From positions 1,348,425-1,412,424 of the forward strand of contig BFEA01000036.1 in assembly GCA_003427395.1 (NCBI GenBank): a DNA stretch of 64,000 nucleotides, read 5' to 3'. Positions 1 to 13,767 of the stretch are shown piece after piece. The notes under the pieces were generated by a model. That model made no database searches, was not told the origin of the DNA, and saw nothing but the letters and a program-made list of their open reading frames with translations. A program made the position numbers and the translations under genes. How positions within the stretch are numbered: the stretch's first letter is position 1; each line of letters begins with the position of its first letter. The stretch is from Chara braunii (lineage: Eukaryota; Plantae; Charophyceae).

Positions 1-340
1 AGATTAAGATACTGGCAAAATTGGATGAAGAGATCAAAATCAGATGCCATTGGAAAATAGCAAAAAAAAGCCAACAAAAAAAGAGATGGAAAACAGAGTG
101 GCAGAAGTGGTATTAGTAGCAGGTATAGTAGTTACTAGTTGTACTACTGTGGTATAGGCATTATCTTCAGAGCTATGGCTGCAGTGGACAAAATGTTACT
201 AAAATAAACTAAATAGTAAATGCTAATGTTACTTCTTGTGTCGAAAGTATATTAATCATAATTTCTGTGGCTACGGTTGCTTCCTGCACTCGTCCAGGAA
301 GTAATTACTGTGATTACAGTGGTTATACAAGTAGCCTACG

Positions 341-720
341 CTCTTCACCTGAATAGAAGGCCGACTCATTATTGGAGCACCTGTACTGGAAGTTGGCCCA
401 AATACAGCTGCTATAATGAACAGGCGTTCTATTCGGGTGAAGACGATAGTTGATGTCCTCACTGTACTCGCTGTAATTCTAACTACTTGAGGATAGTTAC
501 TGTACTGTCCTCACCTGAATATAACGTACGGTTATTGCCGCTGTATCTAGACTGAATGTTGCCCTGGATACAGCTTAAATGACCCGGCATCGTTTCAGAT
601 GAAGACGGTTACCGTACGTTCTTCACCCGACTAGAACACACGGTCATTCTGTGGTATGTAGACTGAAAGTTGGAAGTGATACAGCTATAATGACCGGGCA
701 TTCTATTCGGCTGAAGATGG
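341..720. repeat. Three tandem ~100-bp palindromic (hairpin) units
   Basis: Units at ~342-445, ~508-606 and ~619-718 open with (T/C)TTCACC(T/C)GAATAGAA-like sequence and close with TTCTATTCGGGTGAAG-like sequence. A solo inverted copy lies at ~51450-51542. Confidence 0.7.
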
Positions 721-819
721 TAGGGTGCCTTCAGTTACACATTACTTACTGTAGTTTCAGTCACTGCTGTTGTTACTGCGGATAAGATTAATTAAAAATG
801 GGTAGTGAATCCAGCCATC

Positions 820-2345
820 AGTCTGGATGCCATAGTTAACTCAACTTAACTGCAGGTACTCTATTTACTCTGGTGGGTCTGGTCTGGTTAAAGTACATAG
901 TATTACACTGTCAGACTGTGTCAGTGGTTACTGTGACGACTGCGGAACTGCTCCGGCAGTGAAAGATGCTCCCTTGAGCATTGCACATTGGATGGATTTA
1001 ATGCCTTTAAGTTAGTTAACTGCGGGTACTCTATTGACCCTGGTCTGGTTGAAGTACATAGGCTAGTTACTGTGGCGACTCTGGACTCGTTACTGTGGCG
1101 AATCCGGACTTGCTCTGGGAGTAAAAGATGCTCCCTTTGCACATTGGATGGATGCCACACTTAACTGCAGGTACTCTATGTACGGTGGTCTGGTTGACGT
1201 ACAGACTCGCTCCAGCAGTAAAAGATGCTCCCTTGCACATTGGATGTATGCCATACTTAACTCCAGGTACTCTATTTACTGTGGTCTGGTTGCCGTACGG
1301 ACTTGCTCCGACGATAAAAGATGCTCCCTTGAGGAATGCACAGTGGATGGATTTAATGCCTTAGTTAACAACAGGTACTCTATTTACTCTGGTCTGGTTG
1401 AAGTACATAGACTAGTTACTGTGCCGACTGCGGACTTGCTCCGGCAGTAAAAGACGCTCCCTTGCACATTGGACGGATGCCATAGTTAACTGCAGAAGGT
1501 ACTCTATTTACTGTGGTCTGGTTGACGTACGGACTTGCTCCGGCAGTAAAAGATGCTCCCTTTGCACATTGGATGCATGCCATAGTTAACTGCAGGTACT
1601 CTATTCACTGTGGTCTGGTTGACGTACGTCGTACGGACTTGCTCCGGAAGTTAAAAATGCTCCCTTGCACATTGGATGGATGCCACAGTTTTACTGCAGA
1701 AGGTACTCTATGTACTGTGGTCTGGTTGACGTACGGACTTGCTCCGGAAGTAAAAGATGCTCCCTTTGCACATTGGATGGATGCCACAGTTAACTGCATA
1801 TACTCTATTCACTGTGGTCTGGTTGACGTACGTCATATGGACTTGCTCCGGCAGTAAAAAATGCTCCCTTGCACATTGGATGGATGCCACAGTTAACTGC
1901 AAAAGGCACTCTATTTATTGTGGTCTGGTTGACGTACGGACTTGCTCCGGCAGTAAAAGATGCTCCCTTTGCACATTGGATGGATGCCACAGTTAACTGC
2001 AGGTACTCTATTCACTGTGGTCTGGTTGACGTATGTCGTACGGACTGCCCTGGCAGTAAAAGATGCTCCCTTGCACATTGGATGGATGCCATAGTTAACT
2101 GCAGAAGGTACTCTATTTACTGTGGTCTGGTTGACAACTTGACGTACGTACAGAAGTTACTGTGCCGACTGCGGACCTGCTCCGGCAGTAAAAGATGCTC
2201 CCTTGAGGATTGCACACTGGATGGATTTAATGCCTTTACGTTACTAGTTAAATGAAGGTACTCTATTTACTCTGGTCTGGTTGAAGTACATACAGAAGTT
2301 ACTGTGCCGACTGCGGACCTGCTCCAGCAGTAAAAGATGCTCCCT
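820..2345. repeat. Tandem satellite, ~100-bp unit (some 130-160 bp variants), ~13 copies
   Basis: The motif AAAGATGCTCCCTT recurs ~13 times together with GTTAACTGCAG..GTACTCTAT..TGGTCTGGTTGA. Confidence 0.95.
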
Positions 2346-2421
2346 TTAGGATTGAATTTCCACTTTAGATGGATGGAGGCCTTTCATAGAGACTGGCTGA
2401 GATGAATGGCTATCATGGCTA

Positions 2422-2752
2422 TCATCGCGATTGAAAGAGATGGATGCCTTTCCATGCAATTATGATCGATGCTGCGATGCAGATTCCAATGGGAAGACCT
2501 ATTGCCACTCCTCCATTGACCGGTTGGGGTCTCGCCGCTGTGCGTACATTTCCGTAAGGGTTATCAGGAGAAACAGTATCTGGAGCTGGGTGGAGCAAAG
2601 CAGGAGGCTGCATCCGCTGTGCCTTCTTTCTTCTCCGAAGACTGCATCTGTACATCAACTTCCCAATGACCTGCAGACTGGAGAGATGAAGACGAATGTC
2701 TGCTGGCCAGCGCACCAATGGTGACCAGTACTGTCCACACAACCACCGTACC
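2422..2752 (-). other. Possible isolated host exon (frame unresolved)
   Basis: Unique-looking sequence with a T-rich tract and CAG acceptor at ~2753 on the minus strand. One frame begins GTVVVWTV (like a WD40 repeat end); another is open to 2422 with a hydrophobic C-terminus. No family recognised. Confidence 0.25.
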
Positions 2753-2839
2753 TGCCCATCATGACAACATCAAACAATCATGACAATCACTCAATCAAGG
2801 AACACTGTCCAGACAACCATACCTGCACAACATCCCAAC

Positions 2840-2840
<1 letters not shown>

Positions 2841-2897
<57 letters not shown>

Positions 2898-2902
2898 CAC
2901 TT

Positions 2903-2941
<39 letters not shown>

Positions 2942-3031
2942 TAATCAATCACTCAATCCATCCATCCGTTAAATCAATCAATCAATCAATCCATCTATCC
3001 ATCGATCCATCGATCAACCAATCAATCAATC
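2841..3031. repeat. (TCAA)n microsatellite
   Basis: Seen directly. Confidence 0.95.
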
Positions 3032-3449
3032 AGTATCCACCCCGCTCAGGCTTCTCTCCCAGAGGTGTGCCCTTGCCACTGTCATGAAATCAGTGGTGAA
3101 CACAATTATTGCAGATAACAACTATACGCAAAACTACCTCTTCGAAAAGGCGATTCACAGGCTTCGCCACCTACTAAGATAAATGTGCAAGACCTCCTTG
3201 CACTTGTAGTGGTCAAGCTTGTGAACGAGGATGCAGACATGCCGGTGCTTTTGACGAGGACGACAAGATATGACATCTAGTGTTGTTCTTTATTCTAGAG
3301 AACCTGGCAGTGCCTTTTCAGATCTTTTCAAGTGACGAGGACTCACGTCCGCCTGAGCTGTTATTCTGAGTGGTGCAGACGGAATTCACGGGTATAAGAG
3401 GATATGCAAAGGGAGCATCACAACAAAAAGAAAAAAAGGAAAGAAAGAG

Positions 3450-3647
3450 GGGGAAACTACGCGGGAGTCACAAAAATGAGTATAATTGCACTATGGGCGA
3501 AGATACAGTTTCCAATTGCAGTCCGGCAATGTATACAACCCAGCTTTCTGCCCAGGTAGGGTGCCCGAAGTGCAATTGCAAACTGTATCTTGCCCCATAA
3601 TGCAATTATAACTCGCTTTGAATTCGTAACTCTACAGAAGTTACCCC
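3450..3647. mobile_element. Foldback MITE
   Basis: GGGGAAACTAC..GAAGTTACCCC ends. The arm GAGTATAATTGCACTATGGGCGAAGATACAGTTTCCAATTGCA pairs with TGCAATTGCAAACTGTATCTTGCCCCATAATGCAATTATAACTC. Confidence 0.75.
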
Positions 3648-3800
3648 AATTGCGGATTTTTTTTTTTTATTATTATTATTATTTTTTAAACAACCCCCTG
3701 CAGTGCTAGTGGCGCTGGTGATAGCAGACACCACTAGCACCCGGGGAAAGGCTCCATCTATGGGTGGGGAGCATCACCTGCTGGAAAATGGGTCCAGCGT

Positions 3801-4100
3801 CCCTTAATCGTGGATTGTTAATGGGCACGACTTTAAGGTGTACTGGTGGTTTAAAGGATGGGGCAGGTCTTATGTGTAATGTTGTCCGGCCGTTGCGGGA
3901 GACTCCGAACTTGGGCAGTCATTTTGGTCAGTAGTTTTTTTGTCACTTACTTGGCGCGACAAGGAAACCACTGAACAAAATGACTGCCCAAGTTTGGAGT
4001 CTCGCGCAACGGCGGAACAACATTACACATAAGACCTGCCCCATCCTTTAAACCACCAGTACGCCCTAAAGTTGTGCTGGTTAACAAGCCACCATTTTAG
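3801..4100. mobile_element. Foldback element/MITE, ~145-bp arms, short loop
   Basis: GTACTGGTGGTTTAAAGGATGGGGCAGGTCTTATGTGTAATGTTG (~3841) has an exact reverse complement at ~4017-4062. Pairing continues inward to ~3945/3957. Confidence 0.85.
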
Positions 4101-5512
4101 GAAACGTACACTACAGGAGCGCCCAACTTCATCCGACTAGAAACGTTTCTACACTATTTTTTCCCGGTGGCCCATAGCGGGGCCAAGTACTGGTGGTTTA
4201 AGAAGTTAAGTTATAGATACATAACAAACCATCGCAGCAGTGAAGGCAGCAAAACCTCTGCAGTCTGTTTTCCGGACCCAGCTCCAGGCTGTGGACTACA
4301 AGCAATCACCAGGGGTCTGGTCCTTGGCCTCTACAACACCCTGGGCTTTAGAAGAAGAAAAAATAAACAAAGAATCAATCTTCTGCTAGAACGTGGAATA
4401 ATACACCGCCATATGATCGTCTTTTATGCATGTGNAAACACAAAACAAAACAAAAAACAAAGAAGGATCCAGAACAGAACCAGGTCCCAGAGTCCACAAC
4501 CAGTAGCTGGTCCAGACAGCAAACTGCAGAGGTTTGCTGCCATTGCCGCTGCTAAGTTCTTTTATCATGTTAAATTATTGTTTCCCTCCCTTCCCCCACC
4601 TCCTCCCCCCTCCTCCCCCCTCCGCCCCCCTTGCCCCCACTCCTCCCCACCCAGCAACCTGCCAGCGTATACTGATAGTAAACAATATGATGGCCATTAT
4701 AGTCGCCTTTAGAGAAGTTTTTAGACCAGGTACAGCTATGCTATCGATGCCTTTTCTTTAATTCAGTGGCGGTTACACTTTTTCACCATGATTTTTCAAG
4801 ACGGTCACGGGTGACCTCCATCTTCGGAGGCGTGCAGAGGTGGTCTCCATCGAATGGCTCCAATTGCAAGCGCCCAAATTCTGTCTAGGACTCTAAGGCC
4901 ATACTCACAGTTGTAATTTCGTTGACACAGTATGGCCGTAGTTATGGTGAGATTATTACGACCCAGAAGATAATCCAGGTGTGAGCATGCACTAATCCAG
5001 AAATCATGTTTGGAGGGCTTGGTCTGTGCTTGTGACCCTCTGTTGGGCCATAGTACCCGGCCTATTTGCACTACTCGCTATCCGCTAAAATCGGTGGCAG
5101 TTGTGTGGCGAGTGAAAAAAGTGAAAAGAGTGGCGAGTCGGAGGCACGGTGGCAACTACTGTCTTCCCCTGAGCTCACCAACGCACCCTCATCATAACAA
5201 CCGGAAAGATGGCTTGCATACATTCAGAATCAGGGTGCGTTATGTTCGGGGGGAAGACCGTAGGCCCACAGTGTTCCGGCAGTTGGGAGGACATTGCTGT
5301 TGTGGCAATGATTTCTATTCTTGTGGAAGAGCGATCATTCTGTTTTCGCGATTCTGTTTTCGCGATTCTGTTTTCGCGATTCTGTGCTTCTGACAAATCA
5401 GATAAATGTACAGCCATGCAATGCCGTAGAATTGTGAACATGTATCCAAGTCCGCACCGCCAAGCGAGCTATCACCGAACTTTAGTACATGCTACAGCAG
5501 CAACTTCCAGTG

Positions 5513-5829
5513 GGGCCTCTCTCAGGGCATACTCACAGTGGGACTTTCCTGAATGTATCTGACTGGAATTGCTGCCTGACCTGGATGAATCTGACCGGAA
5601 TTAGGTCGGTCTAAAAAGTCCCGACTGTGAGTCTGCTCTCACATGCATTGTTTGCACGTGTCTCCACAGACCGCAGTGGCCTCTCTCAGGGCATACTCAC
5701 ACTGGGACTTTCCTGAATGTATCTGACTGGAATTGCTGCCTGACCTGGATGAATCTGACCGGAATTAGGTCGGTCTAAAAAGTCCGCGTGCGAGTCTGCT
5801 CTCACATGCATTGTTTGCACGTGTCTCCG
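5513..5829. repeat. Tandem duplication (~164 bp x2) of a Tourist-like MITE (GGGCATACTCACA family)
   Basis: Two near-identical blocks. The same terminal motif appears at ~4897, 47688 and 50879. Confidence 0.8.
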
Positions 5830-6466
5830 CAGTGGCCGTCCACTCGCCGATTTGAATATCAAAACAGAATAACGCGTCGCCACATACCGTCGGTGCTCGC
5901 CGCAGACTCAACGAAACGTTCAGACAATTGCAGAATCACTGCTCATTTGCTGAGTACCTGAATATCATTATATCGAAAGTCAGAAACACGATGATGTTTG
6001 TTTGTTCGCTGAAAGGAAGCATTCAGACAAACCACTCAATCTATCCTCAATTGCTGCCAGAGATTTCACGAATAAGAGTGACAGCTGAAATCTTTGGCTC
6101 TTGTTTCTTTTTTTTTTTTCGTTTTCTTTCGCCGTTTCTTTTCTGCTCCACTTGTAAGCTGAAAGAGAGCTACAGTCCTTACAAGTTTCTGAAACTTCCC
6201 AAGCAGTGGAGTCGCTTCAGAACACTTACAGGAGTTATCCTTCTCCTCCCTGTGCTGATCTGGTTGCTCCTATCATAGCAGCAGGGGTGGAGGTCCAACT
6301 TGGCTCCATTCTCCATGCTATGTTGGACCATAGATCAAAATTATATATATCTATCTATGCATCTATATCTCTATCTATATCTATGCATATGCTGATAATC
6401 TGCTTATATGCATATATACGTATGTATATACAATATTATACATACATATATATAATATACATTAAA

Positions 6467-6754
6467 CAGCAATTTCGTCAAAAGGGACATTTTTTATTTT
6501 CTGAACAGAATTGAAACGTCATAAACTGGCCCGATTTAGGTGGAAATTTTAAGCTCTCTAGGGTCCAGCGTCCTTAAAACGCCATACCTCCTGGATGTAT
6601 CTGGACTTAGCTGGCATCCAGGGAGTATCGTGTTTTCATAACGCCGTACCCTCAGGAGCTTAAAATATCGACCTAAATCGGGCGAATTTATGAGGTCAGA
6701 GGTTTAAATTTCGTTCAAAAAATAAAATATGTCCGTTTTGACAAATTTGTTGCT
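6467..6754. mobile_element. Degenerate foldback element
   Basis: AGCAATTTCGTCAAAAGGGACAT pairs with ATGTCCGTTTTGACAAATTTGTTGCT; CCCGATTTAGGT with ACCTAAATCGGG; CTGGATG with CATCCAG around ~6605. Confidence 0.75.
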
Positions 6755-7016
6755 ACAATACATATATATTATAAATCGTCAAACAGATATAATACATATG
6801 GTCAAAAATAACTGGCTGGTACAATATATTATATAATATTATTAATATATACAAGTGGACCCACCGCAGCCACGCTGCGGCCGAGGAGAGGGACGAACAG
6901 GGGGGCAGGGCTGTGGTTGTCACACTGCTTGGGCTTTTTTTTGTGTGTGTCGTCACATTCGCTATACACTCAAAACAAACATGACTGTGGCAGACTGTTT
7001 CCGACTGATCAGGGGG

Positions 7017-7017
<1 letters not shown>

Positions 7018-7098
<81 letters not shown>

Positions 7099-7752
7099 NN
7101 NNNNNNNNNNNNNNNNNNNNNNNNNNNNNNNNNNNNNNNNNNNNNNNNNNNNNNNNNNNNNNNNNNNNNNNNNNNNNNNNNNNNNNNNNNNNNNNNNNNN
7201 NNNNNNNNNNNNNNNNNNNNNNNNNNNNNNNNNNNNNNNNNNNNNNNNNNNNNNNNNNNNNNNNNNNNNNNNNNNNNNNNNNNNNNNNNNNNNNNNNNNN
7301 NNNNNNNNNNNNNNNNNNNNNNNNNNNNNNNNNNNNNNNNNNNNNNNNNNNNNNNNNNNNNNNNNNNNNNNNNNNNNNNNNNNNNNNNNNNNNNNNNNNN
7401 NNNNNNNNNNNNNNNNNNNNNNNNNNNNNNNNNNNNNNNNNNNNNNNNNNNNNNNNNNNNNNNNNNNNNNNNNNNNNNNNNNNNNNNNNNNNNNNNNNNN
7501 NNNNNNNNNNNNNNNNNNNNNNNNNNNNNNNNNNNNNNNNNNNNNNNNNNNNNNNNNNNNNNNNNNNNNNNNNNNNNNNNNNNNNNNNNNNNNNNNNNNN
7601 NNNNNNNNNNNNNNNNNNNNNNNNNNNNNNNNNNNNNNNNNNNNNNNNNNNNNNNNNNNNNNNNNNNNNNNNNNNNNNNNNNNNNNNNNNNNNNNNNNNN
7701 NNNNNNNNNNNNNNNNNNNNNNNNNNNNNNNNNNNNNNNNNNNNNNNNNNNN

Positions 7753-7802
<50 letters not shown>

Positions 7803-7803
7803 A

Positions 7804-7834
<31 letters not shown>

Positions 7835-7842
7835 CACACACA
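7018..7842. repeat. (GT)n(GA)n and (CA)n microsatellites flanking an assembly gap
   Basis: Seen directly; N-run 7099-7751. Confidence 0.95.
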
Positions 7843-10685
7843 ACACGATCGTAATCAACGACTCGATAGACTGCCCTTCCCCCTTGTACCCCCACACCCG
7901 TGCCCCGCACGGTTTTTTCCCATGCCCCGACCCTGATCGCGCGAATGGACGCGCGACCTCGCTCCATCTGCGCCCGTCCCACGGATTGTCGTGGGTGCGA
8001 ATCAACGCGCGGATTGTCGTCTTGATGCCCTGACGCGCGGATTGTCGTCTTGATGCCCTGACGCGCGCATTCTCACAAGCGCGTCCTTTTTCCCACAGGC
8101 CCTGCGTCGTTTTGCGTCCGCGCACGCGACAACTGGCCCCGACCACAATCTTTTCCCACAGGCCATGTGCCGCACACGACGGCTGGCCCCGACCACGATC
8201 TCACCATTTGGCACGCGACCTCCCTCCTCCAGTTCCGCCCGTCCCATGGTTTTTCGTGGGCCCACAGTTACGTGTGACGGCGGGACCGCTATAACTTTTA
8301 GGTGTATGGAGATATCGTCAAATATAATATATGAAGGGGTAACTACACAGGGGTCACAAAAACAGTTTGAAAATGCATTCGGAACAGGGTTTCTGCAGTC
8401 CGATCAGGCCTTAAGTTCCAAATGCATTTGAAACTCGACTCTGAAGAAAGGTCGCGTGGCCAAGTTTCGAAACTGCACTTCACTTTTCCAAGTAGCGCGT
8501 GGCCCAGGGTCTGTCCGTGGGCCGTAGTCTCGGGATTGAAAAGGCAGGAAGGCAGAAAGGTGGCGGGTGGTCCACGGTTGAACATGCAAACCCGTAATTC
8601 CTGCCATCTCCCTCTTCCTCCGCTTTTCCCTATCCCCTTCCCCTCTTCCTCCCCAGCTGCCCTCGTTGTCCTTTGTGTGTGTGTGTGTGTGTGTGTATCT
8701 GTGTGCTGCTCGACCCACAAAAGTGTGAATGTATCTGGTCAATTGTTTGTGTCAGATACATTCGCACCTTTTTGTTTTCTTTAACCATGCCGATCTTCAG
8801 GTTTCTAAGACCTTGCCATCCAAGACTCGCGAGGGTTCCTTGCCGACCACTCGGTTTCTAAGTCTTCTAGTAAGGCTTCAGACACATCCAACGAACAGAG
8901 TGTCGTTTGGTCTAGATGGGTCTGCGGGGTGACTAAAGAGTCAATAGCGTCGACCAACTCCCAAAGTGGTGAAACCGTGAAGGTACACCAACCACTTCAG
9001 CATGAGTAGATGCAGCTGACACTTCTACTGGCCAGGTGTGTTTCCCTGGGTGGCGCTCGTAGAAGCAACACTCTGGGTGAAAGATCCCCCAAACCACCTT
9101 TGGGTGCAACCTTTTGAGAAACCTTCACGTTCTTGCACTTAAATTGTTGGTGGCCATACTCGCTGCAGTTAATGCAAACCCCTCGCAAATACCGGTCCCT
9201 CTACACATCTTGATCCAGACCATCCCTCACCCAAGCCGAAGTCTTGTTTGAGTTTCGTGCCTGCCCTTGACTCTTTTGTTGACCACCCTCCCTGCGACCA
9301 ACTGCCTTTCCTTTAAATAGGGTGGCAAGGTTACTACCCTCTACACTCTCCTCGCTGCCTATCTCAGTCTCCTCCACAAGTTCAGAAAGGTCGTCGATCT
9401 CGGTTTGATTGCCATCGGAATCAGCCATCATCAAATGAGTTTCGTTCTTCTTCCACTCTTATGGACTCTTCTTCTTTCTTCCATCCACAGCTACCTGCTG
9501 AGCCCCTCCAAACCTTGCGTCTAAATCTAAGGCCTTGTTGTTGAAAGACTCGAGGGTGTGATACTCAATGCTGACCTCACTTACCAACAAATTCGTGATG
9601 TCTTTGAGAAAACATCTCAAGAAAATGGTAGGAGGACTTGGGGATCATAGTGAACTTCCGATACTACTACCAGTTTCTTCACGACACTTGTGAGTTATCA
9701 CGCCATTTTGAACTTCTTAGTGTCAAAACCGGCCAACGCATCAGTGGCTTGCTGAGCCTGCTAAGGGTTGTGCCAAACGCGCCGCCACTAGGTTCATGAA
9801 GCTTTCAAGTGTCTGGGTCTGCACCAGTCGTTCATCCGTCTCGCAAAACCCTTTGTCGCTATGTACCCATTCAACCATCTTGTTCCCAATCCTTCTAGGT
9901 AAGAAGCGACAATGGTCACCTCCTCCTCACGCAGTGTACGCTTGGGCCGTACTCGCAAAGGAATTGCGCTCAACCAAGTGTCGAGGGCCTCGTCCTTCTT
10001 ATCTCCTGTGAAGACAGTCGGGGGTTTCATTGGGGTTTTCGGGTACCAAGGTTGTTGGGATCCAGTCTGTTCGACAAACTGTGTTGTTGACTGAACCGTC
10101 TGCTACCCTGAAGTTGTAGCAGCTGGACCTGGAGATGAAGTAACAAAGTCGGCGCTACTGCTGCCAACGTACCACTTGATGGGACACCAAATTGTAGAAC
10201 AAATGGCCCTTTCATTGCCGGCAATTGAGCTGGCGATGCCACGATGAAAAACTCCTTGTTGCCAGACACTTGGCCTACTAGGTATGGAGGGTAGTGGTCC
10301 TCTCCTTCCCTGCACAACCATCAGTATTTGGTCAAGGGTTGACTAGTTCTTATCCAGCCGGCTATCAAAATACGCATTCATGTTTAGCAGATTCGCCTGA
10401 ATGATCTTTCCTACATCATTCAAGGTCAAATTACCTAATGCAGCCTTATCGACCTCTCTTTTCTCCAATCTAGCCTAACGATTGCTACTCTGTTTGTTTC
10501 TTTTAGTAGCATCTCTTAGTTGCTTCTCTAGCGGTAAGCGGAGTAACTCTACTTGTCGGAGTTCTGACTCCTTTCTAGTAGGTGGGGGTGACAGGCTGTA
10601 CTGCGAGCTTGCCATTTGACTGGTGGAGGGTCCTGCACTAGTCCCACTGGATGAGACTAAGGTTCCTGACGTTTGCTGACCTTAA

Positions 10686-11206
10686 CAACAGAAAAATTCC
10701 CATGAGAAATGAAAGTTGAAAAAACATTCCAGAAAGAAAAAATCCTTCATATTTATAAATTATCATTCCAATGTTCGTCCAATTCTAAAATTTTCAATTT
10801 AATGTGACAAGTTCCCGTCTAAATATGAGTTTTCCCTTCGAGCTACATCTATTTGTTCAAAATGGAATGAAAGTCTGGACGAGTTTATGAAATGTCTTAA
10901 TTAGATTTCCGTTCTACTGCAACAAATATCTTCTAATTTAGATTGGATTAACCTATTTATGACTGAAAAACCTTACATAGAATAACAGTCCAATTAAAAT
11001 ATTTCATGAACTCATCCAGACTTTCATTCCATCTCTAGCATGCAGTTCACATAAGAAGGGATACCCCATTCTTGGAAGGAAAGTTTTCAAGTAAGACGAA
11101 ATTTTTTAAAATTAGAATGGCATTTTTTCAGATGGAATGAAAATTTGAAATTTGGAATGTAATTTTACGCTAGAATGATTATTTAATTCTGGGAAATTTT
11201 TCGGTT
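10686..11206. mobile_element. AT-rich foldback MITE inserted in Gypsy A
   Basis: Ends CAACAGAAAAATTCCC / GGGAAATTTTTCGGTTG. Inner arms ATGGAATGAAAGTCTGGA (~10862) and TCCAGACTTTCATTCCAT (~11015-11032). Absent from related element B. Confidence 0.7.
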
Positions 11207-13767
11207 GAAGAGGTCGCTGCATATGTAGCCATTACTACTGTGCTAGTTGTTGCTGCTGCTAATGTTTGTTCCGCAGTTGCTGGTGCCTCCCTACCGGTCG
11301 ACAAATGTCGGGCCCTTGCTTCGGCCCGGATCCTTCTTTCGTCCCCTGACAGCAAACCCTGAAACACTATCGGAATCCTACGTGTGTCCCGCCGTGTTTG
11401 CCTCCTATCATCAGTTGTCCCTTCCCCACTATTTGTACCCTTTATCAGCTAGGCAAATCACTATTTGCACTAGTGTCCTCAGTGGGGCCTACCACAACAT
11501 ATGTTTGATTGAGTTTTAAAATAAACTACAATAAATTTATTCAGCAAGCCAACTAGGCTATCGATCAAGTGGTGTCAATAACATTTACACAAACTAAACA
11601 AATGATATATCCTTATTTGATAAGTTCTCTCACAACAGCAACGAATCAGAAGTGGCTAAGGTAGACTACTACAGTTCCAGCCTGAGACTGTCTGTCAGGT
11701 TTTAGCAGTATGTCACCACAACTTATGAAAATAAAAATAAATCATTTGCATTGATGTATGCAGAAATGAAAATAAATTGTGTTTGTGTACAAACACCTAT
11801 TGGAACCTTCCCTTTCCCTGTTTGTCGTGTGCACAACGGCCCACCCCTATGCCCAGGAACCCGCTTATGACCAGCACTGCCCGTTATTATCCTCGCGTGC
11901 AACGAGCCTTACATCCGACTGATCTGGCCGATCAAGGGGCACTTTAAGGACAACCCCCGAAGTCCTTAGGAATTATTTAACGCCGTAGACAAGATGACGA
12001 TCACAACCAGCATTCAGATCAGATCCCGCCAAAGGTTCTTTATAGATGGTCAGGTTGACGTCTCGCATAAGACTGGTCAGTCCACGTTCCCTCTACAATG
12101 CAGCAAAGCATGTGGGGTGGCATGGTGACCACAACCCGTGCTTCGACTAGGGCCCTTGAGAGCCATCTCCCTCTCCGTCCAAATGCACCACCGGGAAGAA
12201 TGTCGACTCTCAAGGCAGAACACTCATGACTCCTGAACCAGAAGAGGACACTCAAGTTGGACTCACTTCCTCACGGTAAGAAGATATAATTGAGATGGGA
12301 GATAAGGTAAGGGAACAACGTACCGAAAGATAGTTGCCCCCAACCACAAATTTCTCACCAATTGAGTTGACGTGCATTTTGATGACCGGTCATAGCCTCG
12401 ATACCACACCCAATGCAATGGAGTGTCACCTCAGCCAAAATGCCATGTCAGCATGCTCTCATCATCTTGCGTATATCCGTTGTCGCCACAACTCCCACTT
12501 TGTTGCCGCATCCTTCCGCCTATGCTCCACTCTACCCGGGGCTCCCGGGAGTCTTCTATAACAAGCCAGCACCAATGTATCCTTACTGCGTAAAAGCTTC
12601 GTCAGCGCACCAAGTAACAAAGTCACCAGCGTCAGTGCTGGCGATAGCGAACCAACTCCGATACCAAATTGCAAGGATAATGATTGGGAGCGATAGACAA
12701 AAAAAACAAGTTGCAAAATCACAAAGTAGCTCAGATAGTTGTGTACGAAGAAGAGAGCACAATGCACCAAAATACCAAGTCAATAAGAGCAATACAATAA
12801 ACTCTGATGTCAATGTCGCCACACTCTGGTCACACTAACACAGTATCCATTGTCCCTCCTACTGTCTGGCGCTCGTCGCCTAGCCTAGTACTCCAATTAA
12901 CCTAACTATCCTATTTACGTTCTTGCAGCCAGATCACATGATCGCAGTTGAAGACCAATGTACGTTGACGTCATCGCCGATGCCAATGGCCAGCATACAC
13001 CAGGTACGTGCTCTCTCCTCCCATCATCACACCTCGACTCCCCACCTCTGCATGCGCCTCTTACCCGAAGACCACCATCACCAACACCTACACACGCACA
13101 CTAGGCCCGACTATGGCCGTTGTGCGCCCAATGCCACCACAATGCCCTCTTCACCACTTAGCGCTCACGCGTGCCCCAGCCTGCCTGCATAGCGCATCTT
13201 CGCACGACAATGCAGCAGCGTGGCCGCAATGCCTGCACAGGCCAACATGCCCTCCCATTGGGGCACACACTTTCCTTTATGGAAAGTATGCCCGCTGCTG
13301 GCTGGCCTTGCCAGGCATGTGGGGGCCCCAGTAGCTTGCTTCTGGCCCTAGGTGTTTGCGCCCAGGCCCAGTTTCCGATACAGGCCTGGGCCTCGTGCAG
13401 TTAGGCACGTTGGCAGCTACTTAGCCTCCAAGTGTTCGCAGCATTCTCATTGGCTTCCAGCTCATGTGTGACGATAATGCTGCTCTCTCATTGGCCCGCA
13501 GCCAGTCCATGATGTGTTTGCCTAACACAGCGTGTGCCCAGGGCGCAACCCCCTGAGCCTTGGGCTCAACTATACAACGCAACCCTTACTAAGTCTTTTG
13601 AAAAGAGCCTAAAGTCTCATGTTGCTCTGTAACCAGCTACCGTGCTGCAACTGTCTGAATCCCACTTAGGAAAAAATGTTGAAAACATGCCTCTCATGGA
13701 TATTCAGGCCCGCCTTCACTTAGGGTGGGCACAGGCTTGCTAGGAGCCGCAGCCTAGAACACTTGTA

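Noticed and set aside
820-2345. Possible CRISPR-like array or repetitive protein ORFs
   Set aside because: Whole units repeat with no unique spacers, there are no cas genes, and the ORFs are translations of the satellite.
6753-8146. Long ORFs in the track spanning N-runs (also ~28.8-29.5 kb, 31.8-33.1 kb, 40.3-41.7 kb and 62.0-63.0 kb)
   Set aside because: Artefacts of assembly gaps and microsatellites.
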